From Thermodesulfobacteriota bacterium (GTDB lineage: Bacteria; Desulfobacterota_D; UBA1144; Nemesobacterales; UBA2774), in the NCBI GenBank assembly GCA_965216785.1, contig OZ244197.1, positions 128,001 to 192,000 on the forward strand: 64,000 nucleotides of DNA, written 5' to 3'. The notes beneath the pieces are model-generated. The model saw only the letters and a program-made list of their open reading frames with translations, searched no databases and was not told where the DNA came from. The translations under genes and the position numbers were made by a program. Below are positions 52,132 through 62,675 of the stretch, piece by piece; the stretch's first letter is position 1, and every line of letters starts with the position of its first letter.

Positions 52132-54381
52132 TCAGGGCTTATACCACCTTAGGCGGTTCGCGTTTGTGACTACGGTTACCGAAGAAAGCGCCATCGCAGC
52201 GCCCGCGATAACAGGGTCTAGAAGCATTCCCATAAAGGGATACACTATGCCTGCCGCAACCGGTATGGCCAGAGTGTTATACCCAAACGCCCCGAGCAGG
52301 TTCTGCTTTATGTTCCTGACCGTGGCTTTTGAAATATTAATAGCATCTGAAACCCCGTGCAGGGAGCCGCGCATGAGAGTTATATCGGCGCTCTCTATGG
52401 CGACGTCCGTTCCAGTGCCTATGGCAAACCCTACGTCGGCCCCGGCTAGCGCGGGAGCGTCGTTTACTCCGTCCCCCACCATGCCCACTGTCTCACCCAG
52501 GGCCTGAAGCTTGGCAACCTCTGCCGCTTTATCCTGGGGGAGGACTTCGGCAATGTGATCATCTACACCGACATCCGCGGCAACGGCTGCCGCCGTAGCG
52601 CGGTTATCTCCCGTAAGCATGATGACTTTGATACCCGTAGACCTGAGCCTTTGTATTGCTTCTTTTGAATCACTTTTAACGGGGTCCGAAACACCCAGAA
52701 TACCCGCCACTTTACCGTCTACAGATGCGTACATTACTGTCTGGGCCTGTCCGGACAGCTCATTCGCACGCGTCTCTAAATCTGAAGTTGGAATGTTGTT
52801 TTGCTCCATGAACCTTTTGTTGCCGAGCAAAATATTGCGCCCGCCAGAGACGGCCTTAACGCCGTGGCCTGAGACTGCTTCAAAAGACTCGCAGGCCCAT
52901 TGAGCTATGCCTTTTTCTTTGGCCGCTTCCACTATGGCCTGAGCAAGCGGGTGCTCTGAGTTTGATTCCACACCGGATGAGAGAGCGAGAAGATCGTCCT
53001 CACTCCATTCCTGCACCGGCTCAACAGCGGTGAGAACGGGTTTTCCCTCGGTGATGGTGCCGGTTTTATCGAGCACCAGTGTCGTAAGCCTGCCGGCCTG
53101 CTGAAGCGCGTCGCCCCGGCGTATCAGAACGCCGTACTCGGCCGCTTTTCCCACTCCGACCATAACGGAAATCGGGGTCGCAAGCCCAAGAGCGCACGGG
53201 CAGGCTATAATGAGTACCGACATAGTGGTGACTAGCATATAAGTGATTACCGGTTCGGGCCCTAAGTTAAACCACACAAGAGATGTTAAAACTGCTATTA
53301 TCAAAACCACCGGAACAAAAACGCCTGAGACCTTATCAGCCAGCCGCCCGATTGCGGGCTTTGTGTTCTGCGCTTTTCGGACCATGTCTATAATCTGTGA
53401 AAGCGCTGTGTCTTTGCCGATGCGCGTGGTTTTAAAGAGAAAGCTTCCTGACTTATTTATAGTACCGCCGGTTACCTCATCTCCTACGTTCTTCTGAACA
53501 GGAACGGGCTCTCCCGTAAGCATGGACTCGTCAACATGGGAGGAGCCTTGTGTAAGCTCTCCGTCCACGGGTATTTTCTCACCCGGGCGGACCCTTACTA
53601 TATCGTCGATTAGAAGGCTCTCTATGGGAATGCTTACTTCCTCACCGTTTCTTATGACCGTAGCGGTCTTGGGCTGTAAGCCTATGAGGCGCTTAATGGC
53701 TTGTGAAGTTTTTCCGCGCGCCCTCATTTCAAGAGCGGAGCCAAGGTTAATAAACGCGATTATGAGCGTGGCGGTATCAAAGTACATATGCCTTGCGACT
53801 TCAGAGAGCGCAGTAGGAAACAAAACTATGAACGTAGAATAAACCCAAGCGACCCCTGTACCGATGGCAATCAGGGTGTCCATGTTTGCGCTGTGGTGCT
53901 TAAAAGATTTGAGCGCTCCAGTGAAAAAACGCCCGCCGCCGTATATGAGAACAAATAAAGCGAGAATAGATACTACAGCCCAGGAGATTCTGCCGGGCCC
54001 GGTCTCGACAGCGGGCAGGAGACCGAGCATCGTTACAGCCAAGATGATAACGCTTATGACTGCCGATACTACGGTCTGCTTGAGTAATTGCCTGTAGTGT
54101 ATAAGCTCCGCGTTATCTTTTTCTGAGCTGTCCTGCTCGGGTGATGCTATTGAAGCAGTGTAGCCGGCGTCAGACACTGCTTTAATTAGCACATCAGGCG
54201 GCACATCGCATTCTACTGAAGCTGAGAGATCTGCGAAATTTACATCCGCGCTCTTTACGCCAGGCACTGATCTCAAGCTCTTTTCAACTTTTGACACGCA
54301 TCCGGCACAGGACATATCTGGGACATTCAGATGAACAGTCTCTGCCTCTTTAGATTGTGAAGACGTTTTTATTTCTTCCAT
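52132..54381 (-). CDS. copA: Copper-translocating P1B-type ATPase
   Basis: HMA MSCAGC, TGE, CPCALG, DKTGT, SEHPL, GDGVND, YN and MALSS motifs. Confidence 0.95.
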   Translation of the reverse strand: MEEIKTSSQSKEAETVHLNVPDMSCAGCVSKVEKSLRSVPGVKSADVNFADLSASVECDVPPDVLIKAVSDAGYTASIASPEQDSSEKDNAELIHYRQLLKQTVVSAVISVIILAVTMLGLLPAVETGPGRISWAVVSILALFVLIYGGGRFFTGALKSFKHHSANMDTLIAIGTGVAWVYSTFIVLFPTALSEVARHMYFDTATLIIAFINLGSALEMRARGKTSQAIKRLIGLQPKTATVIRNGEEVSIPIESLLIDDIVRVRPGEKIPVDGELTQGSSHVDESMLTGEPVPVQKNVGDEVTGGTINKSGSFLFKTTRIGKDTALSQIIDMVRKAQNTKPAIGRLADKVSGVFVPVVLIIAVLTSLVWFNLGPEPVITYMLVTTMSVLIIACPCALGLATPISVMVGVGKAAEYGVLIRRGDALQQAGRLTTLVLDKTGTITEGKPVLTAVEPVQEWSEDDLLALSSGVESNSEHPLAQAIVEAAKEKGIAQWACESFEAVSGHGVKAVSGGRNILLGNKRFMEQNNIPTSDLETRANELSGQAQTVMYASVDGKVAGILGVSDPVKSDSKEAIQRLRSTGIKVIMLTGDNRATAAAVAADVGVDDHIAEVLPQDKAAEVAKLQALGETVGMVGDGVNDAPALAGADVGFAIGTGTDVAIESADITLMRGSLHGVSDAINISKATVRNIKQNLLGAFGYNTLAIPVAAGIVYPFMGMLLDPVIAGAAMALSSVTVVTNANRLRWYKP

Positions 54382-54479
54382 AGCGATTTTTGACCTACAT
54401 TAAATAATAGTCCGAATTTCCCGGATTCTTAAAAATAGTTTGCCGGATCAGACCGATTGACACTAGAATACGATGCCAA

Positions 54480-55568
54480 TCATACACTCTGTGAGCGTGA
54501 AAGCGCAGCCTGTATCCTCATAAACTCTCCTACGTTATCCATTGTAAGGAGCCCGGTCAAACGCCCGTTGTGCAGAACGGGAATGGTATGACAATCACTG
54601 GTCTGGAGCTTTAAAAAAGCGATCTCGAGCATCTCGGAAGGATCGACGACAGGATACTCGGTGCGCATGATCTCGCTAACACGTGTCGCGGAATTTTTTT
54701 CTGACAAAGCCAGTATAAGGTCTTTGTGTGTTACCATTCCCACCAAATTTGCGCCGTCAAGGACCGGGAAATCTTGCTGAGAGCCCGACATGGTGAGATC
54801 GACCAGATGCTGCAGAGTGTCTTCGGTTGATACGGTCTTGTAATCACTGAGCATGGCTTGTGTTACGGGTATACCGCCAAGAGCTGATTTTATTTTAGTC
54901 ATGCTCGCTTCCTGAGCCGCGCCTATCCAGACAAAGAGAGCGATAAAAATGAGGAACGGATTCGTAAAAAGCCCCGCAAAACCAAAAAGCAGCGCTATGC
55001 CCTGACCTATTGTGGCCGCAACCTGAGTTGCGCTCGTGTAGTTCATGCGAAGAGCGAGAAGCGCACGGAGAACACGCCCGCCGTCCATTGGAAAAGCGGG
55101 GATCATGTTAAAAACGACTAGGAATATATTGACAAACATAAGCCGCTCGGCAAATGAGCCTCCCGTAACGCTCAATTGCTCAATAGGGGTGAGACCGCCT
55201 GTAAACTGTATCCATATATATACTATGGCCGCAATGACTATATTGACTGCCGGGCCCGCGAGCGCGACCCAGAGCTCTTGCAGCGGTTCATCGGGCATAC
55301 GCTCTAGCCTGGCTACGCCCCCGATCGGCAGGAGCGTGATGTCACGGGTTTTAATACCGTACTTTTTAGCCGTAAGCGCATGACCGAATTCATGGAGAAC
55401 TACACAGCCGAATATGGCCAGGACAAATATGATGCCTGCTACAGTAGTAGCCACATCATGCCCCTGTCTCCAGTATATTAGGACTACCCAGGCTATAATA
55501 AGCATGAAAGTCGCGTGTATATATACCCCTATCCCCGCAAACTCCCCTATTTTCCACGACCATTTCAT
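54480..55568 (-). CDS. Site-2 protease (M50) with CBS domains
   Basis: HEFGH, NMIPAFPMDGGR and two CBS domains. Confidence 0.93.
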   Translation of the reverse strand: MKWSWKIGEFAGIGVYIHATFMLIIAWVVLIYWRQGHDVATTVAGIIFVLAIFGCVVLHEFGHALTAKKYGIKTRDITLLPIGGVARLERMPDEPLQELWVALAGPAVNIVIAAIVYIWIQFTGGLTPIEQLSVTGGSFAERLMFVNIFLVVFNMIPAFPMDGGRVLRALLALRMNYTSATQVAATIGQGIALLFGFAGLFTNPFLIFIALFVWIGAAQEASMTKIKSALGGIPVTQAMLSDYKTVSTEDTLQHLVDLTMSGSQQDFPVLDGANLVGMVTHKDLILALSEKNSATRVSEIMRTEYPVVDPSEMLEIAFLKLQTSDCHTIPVLHNGRLTGLLTMDNVGEFMRIQAALSRSQSV

Positions 55569-55790
55569 AGCACTATGCTCCTGTGTGAAAGTGTATCAAA
55601 TATTGTGCTAAACACACAGTGTAAATATACACAATTTACCATCTGGATTTTTAGCTTAATTTGTAATCGCCATAAATTACACAATAAATTGAAATTCATA
55701 CTTTTGGCATGGAAATTGACAGTATATAAGAGCTAAGAAATAAAAATGGGCTATTCCTTTTATATCTAAACTATGTTATATATTTAAGAT

Positions 55791-56006
55791 ATGGTAACCA
55801 AGAAGAAGGAAACGAAGAAAAAAGAAACTTTGGAAAAGGCTATTTACGTAAAAGCGTCCAAAGAGTTCGTGGATATGTTGAATGAATCGCAGTGGCACCT
55901 TCAGATGAGGCCGGCACAGATTGTAAGAGAGGCTGTAATAGAGTATCTGAAGAGGCACCTGCCAAAAGACGCGAAACAAAAGGTTTTGAAGATAGGTAAT
56001 CTCTAG
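55791..56006 (+). CDS. Small basic protein, probable ribbon-helix-helix DNA-binding
   Basis: Beta strand KAIYVK followed by two helices ending AQIVREAVIEYL. Confidence 0.55.
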   Translation: MVTKKKETKKKETLEKAIYVKASKEFVDMLNESQWHLQMRPAQIVREAVIEYLKRHLPKDAKQKVLKIGNL

Positions 56007-56123
56007 AAGATCCCTTCCGAATTTCTTAATTTATCGCAATAAAATCAGGACGTTGGAAGTGGGGATTGTTGTATCCTCTTTAGTGTTGGGTCAGCAGATT
56101 TTCCGCTATCAATAAGAAAAGAA

Positions 56124-56258
56124 TGGATTCCCGATAAATATTTTCGGGAATGACAATTATAGGCTTGGGTGCTGCAATGAAGGGGATTGCTGCGGTCATT
56201 TTGTTCCCTCGCAATGACTGCTAATGACATTGTGGCAGGAATCTAGCTTTGCAATGAC
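56124..56258. repeat. REP-like palindromic elements ending in AATGAC
   Basis: TGGATTCCCGA..TCGGGAATGAC at 56124-56154, GATTGC..CTCGCAATGAC at 56185-56218, further AATGAC ends at 56228 and 56258. Confidence 0.65.
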
Positions 56259-56260
56259 GA

Positions 56261-56545
56261 TTAGTCCCAGCCGGCGTTTTTATTGAGGTGGTTATTCATG
56301 ATAAATTCGGCCCTGGCGCCTTTATATCCCAGAACGTCCGTTAGCATTACTACTATAAGATCTTTCGCCTTTTTAATATCGCGCTCGTTTATTGCTTTAC
56401 CCATCTGTCCGATCATCCTATCCAGCGTTAGCTTCAAGTCTTCAGAGAGACCTTTTTTCTGAGCTTCTTTATATATGAGCTCCGTAAGATCCCCGAGCCT
56501 CTCAAGCGCTCTGTCGCCTTGCAGGTAGGTACCGGCCATATTCAC
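56261..56545 (-). CDS. Hypothetical helical protein
   Basis: GGAG RBS, protein-like composition. Confidence 0.6.
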   Translation of the reverse strand: MNMAGTYLQGDRALERLGDLTELIYKEAQKKGLSEDLKLTLDRMIGQMGKAINERDIKKAKDLIVVMLTDVLGYKGARAEFIMNNHLNKNAGWD

Positions 56546-56716
56546 TCTCCACTAATATAAGGACTATACTACACCACTTAAGGATTTAAGCGCAAGGATG
56601 CAGTATTACGTATTGGTACAAGGAACTTATGCGCGATACTAACCGATAAAATATTACTCTTTAAATTGCCTCTTAAGTGATTATATTCAATGATAGAAAC
56701 AAGCGGAGACTATAAA

Positions 56717-56947
56717 ATGAATAACGAAAACACAAGATTTACGGCAACGCAAACTGAAAATGGCTTTCATGTAACCTTTTTCGATTCATCTGAGGAGATT
56801 GATGTATCGGTGCATGATCTGAATGAATTCGCAAACAGGTATAGTCACAAAATGCTCGAAGGGAAACCGCAGGAGCTGAGTGAAAAAGAAAAACTGATGT
56901 TTTCCATCTGGGAAATGGTACTAATTCCGGATGACACTATACACTGA
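56717..56947 (+). CDS. Hypothetical protein
   Basis: ATG 56717 after GGAG RBS. Confidence 0.6.
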   Translation: MNNENTRFTATQTENGFHVTFFDSSEEIDVSVHDLNEFANRYSHKMLEGKPQELSEKEKLMFSIWEMVLIPDDTIH

Positions 56948-56982
56948 GATGAATAAAGCTTTTAGTTGCTCACAAAATTCAC

Positions 56983-57420
56983 TTATCTGCCGGCATAACG
57001 GCATACGGCATAGGACACCTTTGCCCCGAGTGAATCATCGTTTGTGTACTTATCCTCTTCTCTTCCTTCCGTAGCGTTTATGAGCTTGGACGAGGGGCTG
57101 TAGAATTCCTCTCTTAGCCTGAAAAGCTTTCGGTCAAAGCAATCGACTTCCCAATAACCAAGCTGTCTGATATAGCCAGGGTCGTTTTCATCATCGGCTT
57201 TCCTCTGAACGTACTTTATGAAGAATTTCCTGGTATTATCGTTCACTTCTATACTGTCTAAATCAAGGTATACGGAGACTACCGCTCCTTGTTCGGGATA
57301 CATATCACCAAGGTATTTCCACCTTGTGTCGGTGTCCTGAGCGCTATCTCCGCTGCAGGAAATAAGACATACAGAAATTGATAAAAACACCGCAGCTAAA
57401 AATATACTTAACTTTATCAT
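56983..57420 (-). CDS. Lipoprotein, surface-adhesin-E-like fold
   Basis: Lipobox LISC; W..LG, YLD.DSI, VDC and C-terminal VC pattern. Confidence 0.6.
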   Translation of the reverse strand: MIKLSIFLAAVFLSISVCLISCSGDSAQDTDTRWKYLGDMYPEQGAVVSVYLDLDSIEVNDNTRKFFIKYVQRKADDENDPGYIRQLGYWEVDCFDRKLFRLREEFYSPSSKLINATEGREEDKYTNDDSLGAKVSYAVCRYAGR

Positions 57421-57440
57421 AGTAATTTTCCTTATGAGGA

Positions 57441-57878
57441 TTAGTTTTTATACGCACAAACGAATTCAAGAACCTCACTTCCTATAGTATCGGGACCCGC
57501 GGGCTTAAGAGTATTTTCTTGCTTGTAATTTTTAATTACAGAGCCGTCCCTGGCGTAAAATATCGCTTGTAAATTTTTACCTGTTTTCTCGGCGCAATTC
57601 CCCTGTCTTTCAATACTTACCCGCATATAAGCGGCGCCCGATGGCAGCGGCTGATCTTTATAGAAAACATGTCCCTGCCAAAACCTGACTATATCGCCGA
57701 TGTGAACTATGGTGCGGGTATCGACATAAACGTCGAACCGGCTTTGATCCTGAAGCGTACCGTAGCCCACCTGCTCCCATTCAGCCGCTTGAACAGAATA
57801 AGCCTGAATTAAGAGCACAGAGGCAAGAAGCAAGCTGACTGTATATAAAAATGTGGCTTTTTTCATACCGGTAATCAT
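57441..57878 (-). CDS. Secreted protein, surface-adhesin-E-like fold
   Basis: Signal peptide AAEW; YVD.RTI, VRFW, NC and PDTIG..VLEFVC pattern. Confidence 0.65.
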   Translation of the reverse strand: MITGMKKATFLYTVSLLLASVLLIQAYSVQAAEWEQVGYGTLQDQSRFDVYVDTRTIVHIGDIVRFWQGHVFYKDQPLPSGAAYMRVSIERQGNCAEKTGKNLQAIFYARDGSVIKNYKQENTLKPAGPDTIGSEVLEFVCAYKN

Positions 57879-57973
57879 CTTTAAGAAACTATTAATATAT
57901 TAGTATAGAATTCAAGAGGTCTCAAATAATAAACGCATAAAAGCACAAATCCTTCACATTTCTTATCTTAATT

Positions 57974-59323
57974 TTACTTAATTGATGTCTCGACAGGTAA
58001 ATACTTCTTAGTCTCCTCCACCACCACTCTGGATAAACCGAGGAGACCTATTAAGTTCGGGAAAGCCATAAGCCCGTTCATGATATCGGCAAAAGCCCAA
58101 ACCAGCTCGAGCTTTACGACTGCACCGAGGAATACAACTAAAGTGAACACGACACGGTAGGGCTTTACAGCCCTTTCTTTGAGTATGTATTCAATCGCTT
58201 TCTCGCCGTAGTAGCTCCATCCAAGAAGTGTCGAATAGGCAAAGAAGGCGAGGCTTATTGCTACTATATCAGCGCCGAACGAATAGCCGCTTTCAAAAGC
58301 CTCAGCAGACAGGGCCGCGCCGTTCTCCCCAGAAGTCCAAACGCCGCTTGAGAGGATCACAAGACCCGTGAACGTGCATACAACTATAGTATCTATAAAG
58401 GTCTGAGTCATGGATACCAGGCCCTGGCCAACGGGGTTTTTGGTCTTGGCTGCAGCGGCGGCGATGGGAGAGCTTCCGAGCCCGGACTCGTTTGAGAATA
58501 TCCCGCGGGCAACCCCCATCCTGAGAGTTTGCGCTATAGTGGCCCCAAGGAAACCGCCCGCCGCGGCTGTTGGAGAAAGGGCATGCCGGAATATAGAAAA
58601 GAACGCTTCGGGAATATTTCCCCGAAAAACGACGAGTGTAATTACAGCCCCAATAAGATAGAAGATGATCATGAAGGGGACTATGGCGCTCGTTGTCCGG
58701 GCTATACTTTTTATGCCCCCGACAATCACCAGGCCTGTCCCAATACACAGCACCGCCCCGGTCAGCCAAAAGGGAATTCCGAACGCTTCACCCAGAGCGT
58801 CCGCAACGGAATTTGACTGCACCATGTTGCCGATGCCAAAAGCTGCTATGGAAGCAAAAAGAGCGAAGAGGAATCCGAGCCACTTGAGCCCAAGCCCCTT
58901 TGAGATGTAGTACATAGGGCCGCCGCTCATTGTGCCGAGGTTATCGACCTCTCTGTATTTTACGGCGAGTACGGCCTCTGAGTACTTTGTCGCCATTCCT
59001 AAAAGCCCCGTGACCCACATCCAAAAAAGAGCGCCCGGACCGCCGACCGCGATGGCTGTGGCGACTCCCGCAATATTGCCGACGCCCACGGTTGCGGAAA
59101 GCGCTGTCATCAGAGCCTGAAACTGCGTAATATCTCCCTCGGCCTCGCCGCTTTCCTTCCTTTTAATTAGCGCAAGATACAGGGCCGGCCAAAGAGCGCG
59201 GAACTGTATGCCTCTAAGTATCACGGTAAGATAAATGCCGGTTCCCAAAAGCAGTATAATGAGGGGAAGCCCCCAAACGAGGGAGCTTATTTCCGATAGT
59301 ATTTGAGAGAGATTTTCCTGCAT
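57974..59323 (-). CDS. Sodium:alanine symporter (AlsT/AgcS family)
   Basis: [29 protein letters not shown] and [12 protein letters not shown] motifs. Confidence 0.95.
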   Translation of the reverse strand: MQENLSQILSEISSLVWGLPLIILLLGTGIYLTVILRGIQFRALWPALYLALIKRKESGEAEGDITQFQALMTALSATVGVGNIAGVATAIAVGGPGALFWMWVTGLLGMATKYSEAVLAVKYREVDNLGTMSGGPMYYISKGLGLKWLGFLFALFASIAAFGIGNMVQSNSVADALGEAFGIPFWLTGAVLCIGTGLVIVGGIKSIARTTSAIVPFMIIFYLIGAVITLVVFRGNIPEAFFSIFRHALSPTAAAGGFLGATIAQTLRMGVARGIFSNESGLGSSPIAAAAAKTKNPVGQGLVSMTQTFIDTIVVCTFTGLVILSSGVWTSGENGAALSAEAFESGYSFGADIVAISLAFFAYSTLLGWSYYGEKAIEYILKERAVKPYRVVFTLVVFLGAVVKLELVWAFADIMNGLMAFPNLIGLLGLSRVVVEETKKYLPVETSIK

Positions 59324-59526
59324 TCTTTAATCCGTGTTTAAAGTTTGGAAAGTTTAGTACCTTATCATATTTAATTATCAATAGTAAAGCCGTCCTGAAC
59401 CATATGTCTTCGGAAACCTTTCCGATATATAGCTCATCATATGGGGTATACTATATTGCAAAAATAAAGTGCTTATGTACAATTAACAATTACCGGAAAG
59501 TAACTGGACGGAGGCTAAGCTGAATA

Positions 59527-60489
59527 ATGAGCGTAGATAATCCTTTCGTAGTTCTAAAAGAAGAAATGGACAAACTGGTGGTCGGCCATGAGGAGGTAAA
59601 AAACGCACTCCTGCTTGGTATCATTGCCAGAGAGCACATTTACGTAGAAGGTCCTCCGGGAACCGCAAAAACAATGTTGGCCGAAATAGTATCGGGTGCG
59701 GCGCAGCTGAGGTTCTTCTTTTATCAGCTCCACAGAGACACCAGGCTTTCAGAGCTGATCGGTGACCTGGTTATATCTAAAGAAACTACAGATACCGGAG
59801 AGGTAATAAAGCAGAAGGTGGTAAAGGGCGGTATACTGACATCTGAAATCTGCCTCCTGGATGACATTTCAAGAGCACCCGGCGAGTCACTGAACGTGCT
59901 TCTCAGAATACTTAACGAAAGAAAATTCTTTGATGAGAACATTCCTCTTTTAACAGCCATCGCAACAAGTAACCCGACGGCTGACGAGTACTATAACGAG
60001 CCTCTTGACCCTGCGAACCTGGACAGGTTTGTACTGCAGATTAACGCCCAGGGACTTTCCTATGGGAAGAAATGGGAAGAAGCTAAAGAGGTTATAAAGC
60101 TATACACTGAGAACCCCGGGGATTATGAAGTGCCGCCGAGGGTATCAAGAGAAGTGTTTGATGAGTATTACGCAAAACTCGGGAGTGTAGATATTCCTAC
60201 CGAAGTGCAGGAGGGACTTGCTAATTTTGTCGCTACTCTGATTGAGAACTACGGGTGCAACGAGACTAACTCTCTTATTTCGGACAGAACTTTCTTTGTA
60301 AAATCGCTTAAGATTATGAGGGCGCACGCGCTTCTCAACAACCGCGAGCAGTGCACAATTGAAGATCTGAACGCGCTTAAATACATGACTGCTTTTCGTA
60401 TACCTGAGGAAATCTTCATGCAGCTCGATCAGATTCTGGACGAGCTTACAGCTAAAAAAAAAAAGACCAGGACAGCGGGAGCGAACTAG
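59527..60489 (+). CDS. MoxR/RavA-like AAA+ ATPase
   Basis: Walker A GPPGTAKT, Walker B variant CLLDD, LNVLLRILNER, TSN sensor and DRF arginine finger. Confidence 0.9.
   Translation: MSVDNPFVVLKEEMDKLVVGHEEVKNALLLGIIAREHIYVEGPPGTAKTMLAEIVSGAAQLRFFFYQLHRDTRLSELIGDLVISKETTDTGEVIKQKVVKGGILTSEICLLDDISRAPGESLNVLLRILNERKFFDENIPLLTAIATSNPTADEYYNEPLDPANLDRFVLQINAQGLSYGKKWEEAKEVIKLYTENPGDYEVPPRVSREVFDEYYAKLGSVDIPTEVQEGLANFVATLIENYGCNETNSLISDRTFFVKSLKIMRAHALLNNREQCTIEDLNALKYMTAFRIPEEIFMQLDQILDELTAKKKKTRTAGAN
60454..60465 (+). other. Candidate -1 programmed frameshift or transcriptional slippage site (A11G)
   Basis: 11 A plus G; in-frame A_AAA_AAG at 60459-60465; -1 frame has TAA at 60453-60455 and is then open to 61640. 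Confidence 0.6.
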
Positions 60490-60659
60490 AGCCTGAGCCT
60501 TCCTCCGAGTTCGAACAAGACTTCAACGAAGAGGAAGAGAAAAGTGAAATCCCGGACGATCAGGCCGAGAAGGAATCACAGGACCAGCTGTCTGAGGCCC
60601 GCAAGACCTTTTTCCAAGCCTTAAAAGAACTCAAGGAAAACATCCAGAACGAAAACGAG

Positions 60660-61640
60660 ATGGCTCCGCCCGAGGACCAGAACGCACCAACTGACCCAAG
60701 CGGCATGGCAGCGGACGAGGGTGAGAGGAACGATGAGAAGGACGATCCCAAAACAACCAAGGTATTCGCGAGCAAATCCCCTGACCCTGGGGACGAAGAG
60801 GACTACTGGATAGGCGGGAAAAGAAACACCGAATCCGCCGATAATATTAAATCTATAATGAGAGTGCTCGAAGGAAACTTCCAGCGCAACATAGCGCTTA
60901 AGGCCCCTCATCCGGGCGGTCTTCCCAGGACCTGGAAGAGGATGAGTTACTTTGACGAGATGGAAGACGTAGACCCGTTCGAGGCCTCGTTCTGGACAGA
61001 GCACACTACCCCAAACCTACCCCGCGTACATAAGAGGGAAAAGGAAATGATGGGCGGTGAGATCGCGATATTAAGGGACGTAAGCACTTCTATGATGGGA
61101 GTTTACAGCGAATGGTCTTCCTCGGTCGTAAGAGGCGTAATAGAGCTTGCGCGCACGAAGAGAATGAGGGTTGGATACGTAGAGTTCAATCACCGCTCCT
61201 ATAAATATAAAAGAAACTCCAAATTCTTTACGAGAGACTACCCCTGGATGCTCGAGCTTGCAGCTAAAACCGAGTGCTCGGGGAACACCAATTACGAAGA
61301 CGCGCTTAAGGACGCGCTCGGCGAGTTCAGAGGCCGGGGGCTGAGAAATAAGCACGTGCTGTTCATAACGGACGGCATACCCACTTCAGGTGACTGCGAC
61401 GTAGTCGCCGAGAGGCTGAGAGCCAAGAAACTGGGCGTGTGCATACATTCGATTTTTATAGGCTCAAAGAACTACCCTCGCATACTGCAGAAGATCTCGG
61501 GTGAGACGAGCGGCACTCAGTTTATCGCTACCAGGAGAAAGAACGGAGCCATAAAGATTGAAAGAAGAGATAAGAGGCTCGGACCTCCGGCAACAAGCGA
61601 TAAGACTCAGGTAGACCCGTTCGGTAAAGTATTCGCCTAA
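60660..61640 (+). CDS. von Willebrand factor A domain protein (ViaA-like); frame is open from 60456
   Basis: MIDAS DVSTS, GNT and FITDG motifs; no clear RBS at ATG 60660; frame extends 68 codons upstream to the A-run. Confidence 0.88.
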   Translation: MAPPEDQNAPTDPSGMAADEGERNDEKDDPKTTKVFASKSPDPGDEEDYWIGGKRNTESADNIKSIMRVLEGNFQRNIALKAPHPGGLPRTWKRMSYFDEMEDVDPFEASFWTEHTTPNLPRVHKREKEMMGGEIAILRDVSTSMMGVYSEWSSSVVRGVIELARTKRMRVGYVEFNHRSYKYKRNSKFFTRDYPWMLELAAKTECSGNTNYEDALKDALGEFRGRGLRNKHVLFITDGIPTSGDCDVVAERLRAKKLGVCIHSIFIGSKNYPRILQKISGETSGTQFIATRRKNGAIKIERRDKRLGPPATSDKTQVDPFGKVFA

Positions 61641-62653
61641 GGTTTATTGTTCTTTCGGTAATCTCTGACAGCCTGTTTGTGATCATTATAGTTTGAAGAG
61701 AACGTGTGCGTGCCCGTGCCGTCGCCTTTGGATACGAAATATAGGTAGTCAACATCGGCTGGGTTCAGGGCGGCAGCAATTGAATCCTTACCAGGGTTTG
61801 CTATGGGGCCCGGGGGAAGGCCTTTTACCTGATATGTATTGTATGCCGTGATTCGCCGCAAATCGCTTTTTCTGAGCTTCCCTCTATAGTCTTCCCCTAA
61901 ACCGTAGATGACAGTAGGGTCGCTGTCTAGCTTCATACCAATGCGCAGGCGGTTATGAAAAACCGCGGAGACGAGCCCGCGCTCGCCCGGGGAGCCTGTT
62001 TCTTTTTCAATAATGGAAGCAAGTATAATAACCTCTTTGTCCGTTAGTTTTGTATTGGTACGCTCGCTTTCAAACGAGCCGTAGACTGTGTTGAACCTCT
62101 TTACCATCATATTTATTAATTCAAGGGCCGTGACTCCTTTATTGTATAAATATGTATCTGGAAATAGATAGCCTTCAAATCCGGAACTGCCACCCAGGAG
62201 CTCTGACTGAAGCCCTTTGTCACGAGTAAGCTCAAGAAACTCTTCTTTGCCGACAACCCCGTTTTCCTGAAGAAGCTCTCCGATCTCATTTACCGTTAGT
62301 CCTTCGGGAATAGTCACTTTGTAAACAACGACGTCTCCCTTTGCCAGCTTCTCTACCACCTCTGACATGGTCGAGCCGCTCTCGAAGTGATACTCACCCG
62401 CTTTGAGACGGTCCTGCAGCCCCTCGTACATAACATAGAGAATAAATAGGTTTTCGTTTGCGACAACACCGCTTTGCCTGAGCTTAAGGGCAATCGATCT
62501 AAGCCCTTCGCCCCTATTTATGTCCACGGCCGTATCTTGGGAAACCGAAGGGGTACTGTGGATATAATGGAATATTCCGTAAAGACCCGCGCCGGCAAGG
62601 AGTACCAGAACAACAAACGGGATTAATATGAATGATATCTTCTTGGATTTCAT
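61637..62653 (-). CDS. mltG: Endolytic transglycosylase MltG
   Basis: VTIPEG, EGYLFPDTY, LASIIEKE, DPTVIYG, GLPPGPIANPG and YLYFV motifs. Confidence 0.96.
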   Translation of the reverse strand: MKSKKISFILIPFVVLVLLAGAGLYGIFHYIHSTPSVSQDTAVDINRGEGLRSIALKLRQSGVVANENLFILYVMYEGLQDRLKAGEYHFESGSTMSEVVEKLAKGDVVVYKVTIPEGLTVNEIGELLQENGVVGKEEFLELTRDKGLQSELLGGSSGFEGYLFPDTYLYNKGVTALELINMMVKRFNTVYGSFESERTNTKLTDKEVIILASIIEKETGSPGERGLVSAVFHNRLRIGMKLDSDPTVIYGLGEDYRGKLRKSDLRRITAYNTYQVKGLPPGPIANPGKDSIAAALNPADVDYLYFVSKGDGTGTHTFSSNYNDHKQAVRDYRKNNKP

Positions 62654-62675
62654 ATCGGAGAATCAAAAAATGCTT

